Source: Vicinamibacterales bacterium
GTDB lineage: Bacteria > Acidobacteriota > Vicinamibacteria > Vicinamibacterales > Vicinamibacteraceae
Reading direction: 5' to 3'
Assembly: GCA_963816265.1 (NCBI GenBank)
Contig: CAWFJQ010000003.1
Coordinates: 1,681,620-1,745,619 of the forward strand
Length of the DNA stretch: 64,000 bases
In this document: positions 10,986-20,440 of the stretch, piece after piece
How the letters are laid out: every line of letters begins with the position of its first letter
How positions within the stretch are numbered: position 1 is the stretch's first letter
Program-made: the position numbers and the translations under genes
Notes under the pieces: model-generated
Told to the model about the DNA's origin: nothing
The model's database searches: none
What the model saw: only the letters and a program-made list of their open reading frames with translations

Positions 10986-12680
10986 ACGCGGCGGCACCGA
11001 CCAGACGGCGGATCGGGCGGGCGGTGCACGTCCGCCGCTACACCGAGATCGTCGGCATCCTCGTCCGCTACGGCTTCGTCGACGTCGTCGACGCGCTGCA
11101 TCTGGGGCCCTACCTCGCCGCCGGGCGGCGGATGCTCTCGGCCTTCGGCCGTCGCGACCAGCCGGAGGCGAGCCGGGCCGTCCGCCTCCGCCTCGCGTTC
11201 GAGGCGCTCGGGCCGACGTTCATCAAGTTCGGCCAGGCCCTGAGCACGCGGGCGGATCTGCTGCCGGCCGAGGTCGTCGCCGAACTGACGCTGCTCCAGG
11301 ACAACGTGCCGCCCCTGCCGGCAGGCGCGGCCGAGCGGGCGATCGAGGAGGCCACCGGGCGCCGCGTCGAGGATCTCTTCCTGGCGTTCGACCCGCAGCC
11401 GCTGGCGGCGGCGTCGATCGCCCAGGTGCACCGGGCGACGCTGCCGTCCGGCGAGCTCGTCGCGGTCAAGGTCCGGCGGCCCGGCCTGGCCGCCGTCGTC
11501 GAAGCCGATCTCGGCGATCCTGGCCGACCTGGCCGCGCTGGCGGAGCGCCATTGGCCCGACGCCGCGCTCTACAGCCTGGGCGAGCTGGTGGCCGAGTTC
11601 GCCCGGACCATCCGCCGCGAGCAGGACCTCGTGCGGGAGGGACGGCTGATCGAGCGGGTCGCGGCGCAGTTCGCCGGCGACGCCACCATCCGCCTGCCGC
11701 GGATCCACTGGCCGCTGAGCCGCGCGGCGGTGCTCACGATGGAGTTCCTGGACGGCGTGAAGGTGAGCGCCGTCGGCACCGACGAAGCCCCCGGCCTCGA
11801 TCGCCGCCTGGTGGCGCGGCGCGGCGCCGACGCGGTGCTGCGGCAGGTGCTGATCCACGGCTTGTTCCATGCCGACCCGCATCCCGGCAACCTGCTCGTC
11901 CTGCCGCAGAACGTCGTCGCCTTCGTCGACTTCGGCATCGTCGGCCGCCTCGATCGCCGGATGCGCGACCGGCTCGCCGAGATGGTCATGGCGATCCATG
12001 CCCACGACGCCGATCGGCTCGCCGGCATCGTCGTCGGCGTCGCCACGCCGCTGCGTCCGGTCGACGGGGCGGCGCTGTCGCGCGACCTCGACGAGATGCT
12101 GGACCAGTACGCGGGCCTGGCGCTGGGGCAGCTCTCGCTGCGGGCGCTGTTCGGGTCGATCACGGAGGCGATGGCCCGGCACCGCCTGAAGCTGCCGGCC
12201 GATCTCCTGCTGCTGATCAAGTCACTGACGACAATCGAGGCGGTCGGCCGTCAGCTCGACCCGGACTTCGAGATCGTGGAATACGCCACGCCGTTCGTGA
12301 CGGCGCTGCTCTCGGAGAAGCGGAGCCCGACGGCGGTGGCGCGCCGGACCGCCCGCGCCAGCCGCCGCGCCCTCCGCGCGATGGGAGCGGCGGCGACCGA
12401 CCTGGCCGAGATCACCCGACGCGTCCGGCGCGAGGGCGTCCAGGTGCAGTTCGTCCACCGCAACCTTGATCACTTCGTCCGCGAGATGGATCGGTCGAGC
12501 AATCGCCTCAGCTTCGCGATCGTCATCGCCGCGATCCTGATCGGCTCGTCGATCATCGTCCTGGCCGGCGCCGGTCCGCAGCTGCTCGGCTACCCGCTCC
12601 TCGGCCTGGCCGGGTTCCTGAGCGCCGCGATCCTCGGCCTCGGCCTCGCCGTGGGCGTCCTCCGCTCCGGGCGTCTGTGA
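10982..12680 (+). CDS. ubiB: UbiB/ABC1-family atypical kinase; one apparent frameshift near 11500-11590.
   Basis: Starts MNAAAPTRRRIGRAVHVRRYTEIVGILVRYGF..LGPTFIKFGQALSTRADLLP..AAASIAQVHRATLPSGELVAVKVRRPG. It continues in the 11589 frame with EFLDG..HADPHPGNLLV..FVDFGIVGRL and two C-terminal TM helices. Confidence 0.85.
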
Positions 12681-12707
12681 TCGCTCGACGCTGACCGTCT
12701 CCCTCCC

Positions 12708-15700
12708 TCAACGATCGCGCGCGGGACGCGGCCGCCGGGCCAGCGCCTCGTTCAGCCGGGCGTCGTGGCGGTAGATGTCGTCGGCGAAGTAGACCTCGCC
12801 GTCCGCCGAGACGACGGCCGCGGTCGTGTAGAAGAGCACCACCCTGATCGGCGCCGCCAACTCCACCCGTGACGACACCGCGCCGGCCATCGCCGCCTCG
12901 ATCCGGGCCCGGTCCCAGCCCGTCTCGTCGCGCAGCACCCACTCGGCCAACGCCGTCGGGTCCTCGACCCGGACGCAGCCGTGGCTGAAGTCCCGGCGCT
13001 GCTGCTGGAACAACCCGACCGCCGGCGTGCCGTGCAGGTAGACGTCGGAGGCGTTGGGGAAGACGAATTTGACAAGGCCGAGCGCGTTGCCCGGGCCCGG
13101 TCGCTGGCGCAGCCGGAGCGTCCCGGCTCGCAGCCCGGCGAGTGCCGCCGCTGTCGCCGGGACCGCGTCGGCCTCGTCGCTCTGGCCGTCGACGATCTCG
13201 TAGTCGGCCGGGAGCCGCCGGGTCGGATCGCGCTCGAGTTCCGGCAGCATCTCCTTGAGCAGGATCGATCGCGGCACGTTCCAGTACGGCCGGAAGATCA
13301 CCGTTCGCATCAGGGCGGTGAACACCGGCGTCTCGGTGAGCAGCGCCCGTCCGACGATGACCCGCATCCGCAGCGCCGGTCGGGACGCGTCGGCGCCATC
13401 CCACGCCCCGAGCCGGAACATCGGGATGTTCAGCGCGACGATGCGCTCGTCGCCGGCATCGGGCAACCAGCGCAGCCGCTCGAGCGACAGCTCGATCTGG
13501 CGGATGCGCGCTCGCACGGGCACCGCCAGGGCGGCCCGTGTCGCACGCCCAAGCACACCGTCCGACGCCAGGCCGTGACGCGCCTGGAAGCGGCACACGC
13601 CAGCCACGAGCGTGTCGTCGTAGACGCCGGCGTCAGCGGCCGGCGGCGCATCCGCCGGCAGATCGCCGAACGCCGCCAGGCGCTGGCGCAGGGCGTTGGC
13701 CGTCTCCAGCCGGTCGCTCGGGCGGATCGCCTGCGGTACTGAAGGCCAGGCCGTGTCGGGCAGATCGCCGATGGCACGATACCGGGCCAGTTGGCGACGC
13801 AGCGCCTGGTACTGCGGGAGGGAAGGCGCCAGGGTGGCGGCAACGGCCGGCACGTCGTGCGCGGCCAACGCCGCCTGCAGGAGACCGACGAACGCATGGC
13901 GTTCGGGCTCGGCGTCGAGCGAGATGCCGAGCGACCGGGGATCGACGCGGCCCCGATGGACGTGACGGAAGTAGCGCAGCATCCCGGCGCTCAGCCGGAC
14001 GTCGAAGGCGGCCAGCCGTTCGGCGTCCGGCGCCGGCGCCGCGGCCACCGCCGCGGCCAGCTCGCGCAACGTGTCCAGGCCGTAGTCCGCCGGATCGAGC
14101 CCATCATCCGGCGCTGCGGCGAGCACGCCGATCGCCTCGCGCGCGTCTGTGGTGAGCCGTCCGGAGGCGTCGCTCCACAGGGCCAGGCCCGGTCCCGCAG
14201 CGTAGAGCGCGTCGAGCTCCGCTCGCTCGGACGCGGTGAGGCCAGCCGGGATCTGGCCAGCCGGGATCTGGCCCGTCGGGATCTGGCACGTCGGGCCGGC
14301 CCAGGCACTCGGTGGGAGCGACAGCGTCACGGCCAGCACGAGCAGGGCGTCCCGGGTCGAACGCGGCCAGCGCTTGACCGCTTGCCCCACCAGGGCCGGC
14401 AGGGCCGCCAGGCCGACGACGACCAGCCACTCGGTCCCATCGAGCGGCGTCAGTCCGATCGTCGACGCGATGCCGGGCACGGCGACCGACAGCCACTGCA
14501 GCCCCACCGCAACCGCGACGGCGAGCAGCGCGTAGGGATTGGCCAAGGCCCGCGACGGGTGCAGCACGTGGTGCGGGCTCCGGGCGTTGCCCAGATGGAA
14601 GATCTGGGTCAGGCCCAGCGTCATGAAGCAGACCGTCGTCGCGTGCCCCGGAGCACGGCCCAGCGCCCAGAGGAAGGCGGCCAGCGCCACGACCGTGATG
14701 AGCACGGCATAGAAGACGATCGAGCCGACGAACGAGGCGGACAGCAAGGCCTCGCGCGGATCCCGCGGCGGGCGCTTCATGACGTCGTGATCCGCCGGCT
14801 CCAGCGCCAGCGCCAGCGCCGGGAACGTGTCCGTGACCAGGTTCAGCCACAGGATCTGCAGCGGCAACAGCGGCAGCGGCAGCGCGGCCAGGCCCGCGAC
14901 CGTCAGCACGAGCACCTCGGCGAGGTTGCAGCTGAAGAGATAAAAGACGAACTTGCGGATGTTGTCGTAGACGACCCGGCCTTCCTCGACGGCGGCCGCG
15001 ATGGTCTCGAAGCGGTCGTCCTGCAGGACGATGGCGGCGGCCTCCTTCGCGACGTCGGTGCCGCGCCGGCCCATGGCGACGCCGACGTCCGCCTGCTTGA
15101 GGGCGGCGGCATCGTTGACGCCATCGCCCAGCATCGCGACCACGTCGCCCTGCTCCTGCAGCGACTGGACGACGCGCAGCTTGTCTTCCGGCGCGATGCG
15201 GCTGAACGCGCCCGCGGCGCTGATCCGCTCGCGCAGCTCGGCCGGCGACAGCCCCGCCAGCTCGCGGCCGTCGATCACCTCCGAGACGGCGCCGACGATC
15301 CCCAGCTCCCGGCCGACGGCGGCGGCCGTGTTGCGCTGATCACCGGTGAGCATGACGGTCCGCATGCCGGCCGCTCGCAGCCGGACGATCGTCTCCCGCA
15401 CGCCGTCGGCGGGCGGATCCATCAGCCCGACGAACCCGATGAAGGTCAGGCCGCCGAGGTGTGACTCGTCCGGCTGATCCACCGGGCCGCCCGCGACACC
15501 GAGCACGCGGAGGCCGCCGGCGGCGAGCCGCTCGTTGACGGCGACCAGCTCCGCCCGCCCAGCCTCGTCCAACGACTCGAGGCGACCGTTCCGGCGAACG
15601 TGCCGGCAGAGATCGACGATGCGGCCGGGCGCGCCCTTCACGCTGGCGACGACGGCGCCCGCTTCCCGACCGAAGGTGGCGGCCAGCTTGCGCTCGCTCG

Positions 15701-17030
15701 AGAACGGCACTATGCCAATCGGGGCGGCACCGGTCGCGTCGGCGAGACCGAGGCCGGCCGCTTCGGCGCCGCGCACCAGAGCGCGATCGACGGGATCGTC
15801 GACCGCGCCCGCGTCATCGAGGTCGGCGGCGGGCGGCCGACTGGCCCGGACCGCCACCCGCATCGCCTCCGCGCACGCCGCCGCGGGCGGCTCGCCGGTA
15901 CGGCGGCCCGGCTCGAACACCGCGTCCGGCGTCCAGACCGTGACCAGGGTCATGTCGCCGGAGGTGAGCGTTCGCGTCTTGTCGCTGCACACGACGGTGA
16001 CCGAGCCGAGGGCCTCGACGGCGGCGAGACGGCGGACCAGCGCGCGGCGCGCGGCCATGCGTCGCAGACCGATGGCGAGCGCGATGGTGGCGACCGCCGG
16101 CAGCGCCTCCGGCACCGCGGCCACCGCCAGCGCAATCCCCATCTCGAGCACGAGCGGCAGCGGCTGGCCGTGCAGCAGGTTGAGGCCCGAGGCGGCGGCC
16201 GTCATCGCGAGCACCAGCCAGACCAGGCGGCGGCCGAGCTCGTCGAGACGGCGCTCGAGGGGCGTCGGCGCCTCGGGAATCGCCGCGACGAGCGTGCTGA
16301 TGCGGCCCAGCTCGGTGCGGTCACCGGTCGCGGCGACGACCGCGCGGCCGGTGCCGGCGATGACGGTCGTGCCCTTGTAGATCATGGTGACGCGGTCGGC
16401 GAGCGGGACGCCGGGGTCGAGCACCACCGTCGCGTGCTTCGATACCGGCATCGACTCGCCGGTCAGGGCCGCTTCCGAGACGCGCAGGTCATGCGTGGTC
16501 AGCACCCGCGCGTCGGCCGGGACGCTCTGCCCGCGGCCGACCTCGATCACGTCGCCCGGGACCAGCATCTGCGCGTCGACGATCGCCGTGACGCCGTCGC
16601 GCACGACCGCGCAGCGTGAGACGTCGAGCCCCAGCAGGGCATGCATGGCGCGCCGGGCCCGCAGGTCGATGGTGAAGCCCAGCGCGGTGTTCAGCACCAG
16701 GACCGCGCCGATGGCGGTGGCCTCGGCGAGATCGCCGATGGCGAGCGAGATCGCCGTCGCGGCGATCAACAGCCACACCACGATGCTGCGCAGCTGGGCG
16801 CGGAGGATTTGGCTCGCCGAGACCGGGCTGGCCGGGGCGAGCCGATTCGGCCCGCCGCACGCCAGGCGTTCCGCCGCGACGTCCTGCGTCAGACCCTCCG
16901 CACTCGAGTCGAGGCGCGACAGGGCCTCGTACGGGGTCAGGGTGTGCCAGGCGACGACGGGCGGTGCGGTGCCGGGGCTCACGGCGGCCACAGTCGGCTC
17001 AGGAGCAGGCGGCAGGTACGGTTCCGGCAC
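12708..17030 (-). CDS. Single 1440-aa ORF: an N-terminal P-type (type II, Ca/Mg-like) cation ATPase joined in frame to a C-terminal YcbB/LdtD-like L,D-transpeptidase.
   Basis: ATPase part: cation-ATPase N-domain, TGES, phosphorylation loop CSDKTRTLT, MLTGD, GDGVNDAAAL and TM helices. The junction reads ..ALVGQAVKRWPRSTRDALLVLAVTLSLPPSAWAGP and looks like a Sec signal peptide. After it come a PG-binding domain (VCRFQARHGLASDGVLG) and a YkuD domain with the catalytic SHGCVRV. Confidence 0.8.
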   Translation of the reverse strand: MPEPYLPPAPEPTVAAVSPGTAPPVVAWHTLTPYEALSRLDSSAEGLTQDVAAERLACGGPNRLAPASPVSASQILRAQLRSIVVWLLIAATAISLAIGDLAEATAIGAVLVLNTALGFTIDLRARRAMHALLGLDVSRCAVVRDGVTAIVDAQMLVPGDVIEVGRGQSVPADARVLTTHDLRVSEAALTGESMPVSKHATVVLDPGVPLADRVTMIYKGTTVIAGTGRAVVAATGDRTELGRISTLVAAIPEAPTPLERRLDELGRRLVWLVLAMTAAASGLNLLHGQPLPLVLEMGIALAVAAVPEALPAVATIALAIGLRRMAARRALVRRLAAVEALGSVTVVCSDKTRTLTSGDMTLVTVWTPDAVFEPGRRTGEPPAAACAEAMRVAVRASRPPAADLDDAGAVDDPVDRALVRGAEAAGLGLADATGAAPIGIVPFSSERKLAATFGREAGAVVASVKGAPGRIVDLCRHVRRNGRLESLDEAGRAELVAVNERLAAGGLRVLGVAGGPVDQPDESHLGGLTFIGFVGLMDPPADGVRETIVRLRAAGMRTVMLTGDQRNTAAAVGRELGIVGAVSEVIDGRELAGLSPAELRERISAAGAFSRIAPEDKLRVVQSLQEQGDVVAMLGDGVNDAAALKQADVGVAMGRRGTDVAKEAAAIVLQDDRFETIAAAVEEGRVVYDNIRKFVFYLFSCNLAEVLVLTVAGLAALPLPLLPLQILWLNLVTDTFPALALALEPADHDVMKRPPRDPREALLSASFVGSIVFYAVLITVVALAAFLWALGRAPGHATTVCFMTLGLTQIFHLGNARSPHHVLHPSRALANPYALLAVAVAVGLQWLSVAVPGIASTIGLTPLDGTEWLVVVGLAALPALVGQAVKRWPRSTRDALLVLAVTLSLPPSAWAGPTCQIPTGQIPAGQIPAGLTASERAELDALYAAGPGLALWSDASGRLTTDAREAIGVLAAAPDDGLDPADYGLDTLRELAAAVAAAPAPDAERLAAFDVRLSAGMLRYFRHVHRGRVDPRSLGISLDAEPERHAFVGLLQAALAAHDVPAVAATLAPSLPQYQALRRQLARYRAIGDLPDTAWPSVPQAIRPSDRLETANALRQRLAAFGDLPADAPPAADAGVYDDTLVAGVCRFQARHGLASDGVLGRATRAALAVPVRARIRQIELSLERLRWLPDAGDERIVALNIPMFRLGAWDGADASRPALRMRVIVGRALLTETPVFTALMRTVIFRPYWNVPRSILLKEMLPELERDPTRRLPADYEIVDGQSDEADAVPATAAALAGLRAGTLRLRQRPGPGNALGLVKFVFPNASDVYLHGTPAVGLFQQQRRDFSHGCVRVEDPTALAEWVLRDETGWDRARIEAAMAGAVSSRVELAAPIRVVLFYTTAAVVSADGEVYFADDIYRHDARLNEALARRPRPARDR
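14241..14297. repeat. 15-bp tandem repeat (about 3.8 copies) encoding QIPxG repeats just after the internal signal peptide.
   Basis: Reads GCCAGCCGGGATCTG GCCAGCCGGGATCTG GCCCGTCGGGATCTG GCACGTCGGGCC. On the coding strand this translates as CQIPTGQIPAGQIPAG. Confidence 0.85.
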
Positions 17031-17496
17031 TGGCCGTGGCCGAATGCCGCGCCGGCGTGCCGACGCTGATCCCGGCGAGCACGTCGAGCACGGCGATCCG
17101 CAGCGGATCGGTGCCCGGCGCCTGGGCGGCCCACCGCACGATGTCGTCGATCGACACGATGCCGACCAGGACGCCCCCGTCCCCGAGCACCGGCAGGCGC
17201 CGCACGTGGTACTGCACCATCGTCAGCAAAGCCACGACGCTGTCGTCGTCCGGGGCGCAGCCAATCACCGGCTGCGTCATCACGTTGCGGGCCACCAGCG
17301 TCGACGCCGGCACGTCCCGTCTGCCGAGCGCGATGCAGGCATCACGGTCGGTGACGACGCCGACGGCCTCGCCGCGCTCGTTGACGACCGGCACGATACC
17401 GCACCCGTAGGTGCTCATGGTGTCGATGATGGAGCCCAGGTTGGTGTCGGGACCGCAGGTCCTGACCGTTCCGCCCATGATGGCCTTGATCTTCAT
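16999..17496 (-). CDS. CBS-pair domain protein.
   Basis: ATG 17496 is preceded by AAGGGAG. Reads MKIKAIMGGTVRTCGPDTNLGSIIDTMSTYGCGIVPVVNERGEAVGVVTDRD..VMTQPVIGCAPDDDSVVALLTMVQYHVRRLPVLGDGGVLVGIVSIDDI. The 3' end overlaps the ATPase start by 32 nt. Confidence 0.8.
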   Translation of the reverse strand: MKIKAIMGGTVRTCGPDTNLGSIIDTMSTYGCGIVPVVNERGEAVGVVTDRDACIALGRRDVPASTLVARNVMTQPVIGCAPDDDSVVALLTMVQYHVRRLPVLGDGGVLVGIVSIDDIVRWAAQAPGTDPLRIAVLDVLAGISVGTPARHSATASAGTVPAACS

Positions 17497-17529
17497 GGCT
17501 GCTCCCTTGTTATTGCTCGGTACGGCTGC

Positions 17530-17545
17530 TGCAAGTCCGCCTCCA
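17530..17545 (-). promoter_or_regulatory. Sigma-54 promoter candidate upstream of the CBS and ATPase-Ldt genes.
   Basis: The reverse complement reads TGGAGGCGGACTTGCA: TGG and TTGCA at consensus spacing. It is intergenic, with the -12 element about 35 nt from ATG 17496. Confidence 0.35.
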
Positions 17546-17692
17546 AGGCCGCCCAGGGACGCCCCGTGGGCCAAGGGGTGCCGGCCCGCTGCCCCCGCCT
17601 GGCCGCTGCGCGCTATTCCCCACCCGTCGGGAACTTCCACGAAGGAACGCCCGCTACTGGGATCGCCGGCCGGCCGGCGGTGTGGCTCGTCG

Positions 17693-17708
17693 CGGCATCG
17701 CTCTTGCG
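17693..17708 (+). promoter_or_regulatory. Sigma-54 promoter candidate upstream of the 17745 gene.
   Basis: Reads CGGCATCGCTCTTGCG: GGCAT and TTGC at consensus spacing. It is divergent from the previous candidate. Confidence 0.4.
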
Positions 17709-17744
17709 ATCCCATCGGCAGACGGGTTGTCGACCGGATGAGCC

Positions 17745-18278
17745 ATGGGATACCGACTGGCGGCCGCAGGCCTCGCCGCGATACTCGCGACGTCACCGAC
17801 CGTCGCCGAGGGCCAGAGCCAGAGCCTCGGCGACGTCCAGCAGCAGCTGCGGCACGGCGACCGAATCCGGGTCGTCGCTCGCGACGGGGCCGTCGTCGAT
17901 GCCGACTTCGACGGTGTGTCCGGCTCGTCGCTCAGGGTGGTTCGCCGAGGCGCCATCGTCGAGTTCCCGGCGGCGCAGATCACACGCATCCGCAGGCCGC
18001 GTCGTGAAGCCGACGGGATCCTGATCGGGCTCGGCATCGGCGCCGGCGCAGGCCTCGGGTTCGTGGCGCTGCGCTGCAGTCAGTCGAGCGAATCGAGCGA
18101 CTGCCGTCGCGTCGGCACCCTCGTCGTGGCCGGGCCGGCCGCGGCGGCCGGGGCGGGCCTGGACGGGGCGTTCAGGAGGTTCGACACCATCTTCGAGATG
18201 CCGTCTGCGACTCGACTGCGCGTCGGGCCGATACTGACGGATCGCCGCCGGGGCATCGCGATCGCGCTGATCTACTGA
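17745..18278 (+). CDS. Hypothetical exported/membrane protein.
   Basis: Signal-like MGYRLAAAGLAAILATSPTVAEG, a Gly-rich TM segment ILIGLGIGAGAGLGFVAL, and good third-position GC. Confidence 0.6.
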   Translation: MGYRLAAAGLAAILATSPTVAEGQSQSLGDVQQQLRHGDRIRVVARDGAVVDADFDGVSGSSLRVVRRGAIVEFPAAQITRIRRPRREADGILIGLGIGAGAGLGFVALRCSQSSESSDCRRVGTLVVAGPAAAAGAGLDGAFRRFDTIFEMPSATRLRVGPILTDRRRGIAIALIY

Positions 18279-18312
18279 CGGGGCCGGGCCCGCCGGAAAT
18301 GGGAAGGACGCC

Positions 18313-18840
18313 ATGGACTTCGCGAAACGGGTCATCGGTGCGATGCGGATGGATGCGGCGACCTACGAGGCCATCGAAGCCGACCCGGGCGCGCTGCGCC
18401 AGGCCATCGTGGTCGTCGTCGGCTTCGGCGTCGCCGCCGGCGTCGGGCTGGCGGGAACCGCGCCCACCGTCCGGTCCATCGTCGTCGCCACCGCGTCCGC
18501 CCTGGTCGGCTGGCTGTCGTGGGCGTTCGTCGTCTACAACGTCGGCGTGCGCGTCTTCCCCGAACCGCAGACGAGGAGCGATGTTGCCGAAATCGCCCGG
18601 ACCATCGGCTTCAGCGCGGCGCCGGGCCTGCTGCTGGCGCTGGTGGCGGTGCCCGTGGCCCGTCCGGCCACCTTCACCGTGATCGCGGTGTGGATGCTGG
18701 CGGCGATGGTCGTCGCGGTGCGGCAGGCGCTCGACTTCACGCACCTGTCCCGGGCCCTGGCCGTCTGCCTGGCGGGATGGATCGTTGCGGCGATCTTCAT
18801 CTTCGCGCTCGGGTTCGCGTTCGGCCCGCTCGTGTCCTAA
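18313..18840 (+). CDS. Yip1-like multi-pass membrane protein.
   Basis: Reads MDFAKRVIGAMRMDAATYEAIEADPGALRQAIVVVV.., followed by 4-5 hydrophobic helices. Confidence 0.65.
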   Translation: MDFAKRVIGAMRMDAATYEAIEADPGALRQAIVVVVGFGVAAGVGLAGTAPTVRSIVVATASALVGWLSWAFVVYNVGVRVFPEPQTRSDVAEIARTIGFSAAPGLLLALVAVPVARPATFTVIAVWMLAAMVVAVRQALDFTHLSRALAVCLAGWIVAAIFIFALGFAFGPLVS

Positions 18841-18855
18841 GCCAGGGCCACTCGT

Positions 18856-20425
18856 TCAGGACCGGGGCAGGCGGCTCCGCGCGTCGGACAGCACGATGGG
18901 CGCGGCCGCTGACGCGTCGAGCCGCGGCCACCGGACCGGGCCGGGATCCAGGCGCAGCTGTTCGAGCACCACGCCTGCATCCGCATCGGACGCGTCGCCG
19001 ACCCGCGCCTCGACGCGGCTCGTCAGCACGGCGGGAGAGGCCTCCAGCCACAATCCGGTGAACGGAACCCCTGCGTCCGCCGCCACCGCCTCGATGGCGG
19101 CCCGATCGGCGGGGCGCAGGAAGGCGGCATCGGCGACGACGGCGTGGCCGGCCCGGAGGGCCGTCCGGGCCTGCCCGGCGAGCGCAGCGTACACGCGAGC
19201 CGAGACGTCCGCGGAGTAGCCAGCGTGGCCCAGATGGTCGGACGGCTGCGCGCCCAGCAGCGACTTGCGGATGACGTCGGAGCGCAGCACGAGGGCGCCA
19301 GGCGCCGCACCGATGTCCGGCGCCACCGCCCGCGCCACGGTCGACTTCCCGGAGCCGGACAGCCCGCCGACGGCGACGAGGCTCGCCGGCGCGGGCCGCA
19401 GGAACGCCGCGGCCATCACCAGGTATTCGCGGGCCAGCGCTTCGACCTCGTCGCGCCGCGGGCCGGCCGGCTGGAGCCGCGCCGTGGTCGCGCTCGTCTT
19501 GGCGCGCACGGCGGCGCGGCACGAGAGGAAGAGCGGCAGCAGCGCCAGGCCGTCGAGAATCGAGCGTCCGGCCGAGATACGCGCCGAGCAGCGCGTTCGC
19601 CTGGCGCCGCAGCCCTCGCCGCCACAGGTCCATCAGCAGGAAGGCCAGGTCGTAGAAGACGTCTCCGCACGAGATCGCGTCGTTGAATTCGATGGCGTCG
19701 AACGGCGTCGGGACGCCGTCGATCAGCACGATGTTGCGCAGGTGCAGGTCGCCGTGGCACTGGCGGACGAAGCCGGCCGCGCGCCGGCCATCGAGCCGCG
19801 CGGCCTGTCGTTCGAGCACCTCGAGCGCCGCGGTCGTCAGCGTCAGGCACGATCGGGCGTCGAGGATCTCCCGGCCCTGCTCGGCGAAGCCCTGGGCATT
19901 GCCCGTGATCACCCACCGCATGCCGGCGGCGCCGCCCTGATCCCGGCGGGGCTCGGCCGCGACGTGGAAGGACGCGACGACGGCGGCCAGGGACTCGGCC
20001 ATCTCAACGGTCACGGCGTCACGCGCGGCGAGTCGATCGAGCAGCGCGTCCTGCTCGAAGCGGACCATGTCGACGCACCAGTCCTCGGGCTCGCCCGTTC
20101 CATCGAGCGCCAGCCGGCCGTCCGGCTCGCGGGTGACGGCGACCACGCCGCGGTAGATGGACGGCGCGGTGCGCCGGTTGACGCGGACCTCGCCTTCGCA
20201 GGCGGCGTGCCGCAGGGCCGGCGTCGAGAAGTCCAGATAGTCGAAGGCGACGGCGCGCTTCAGCTTCAGGGCCCGCCCGCCAGCCAGGAACACGACGGCG
20301 CTGTGCGTGTCGATGCGCTCGACCGGGAGGCCACCATGGGTCGCGGGCACGGCCAGGAAGTCGATCACGGCCTGCTGCGGCTCGCCGGCGGCTGGCGCGA
20401 CGGCACGCGTCGTCGGGATGGGCAT
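18856..20425 (-). CDS. Bifunctional APH-like kinase domain plus P-loop (AAA_33-type) kinase domain; one apparent frameshift near 19510-19560.
   Basis: The N-terminal frame (20425..) contains CHGDLHLRNIVLIDG..FDAIEFND, a kinase catalytic loop. The C-terminal frame (18856..19509) contains VAVGGLSGSGKSTVAR, a Walker A motif. Confidence 0.75.
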
Positions 20426-20440
20426 CGCCTCTACGCCGGG

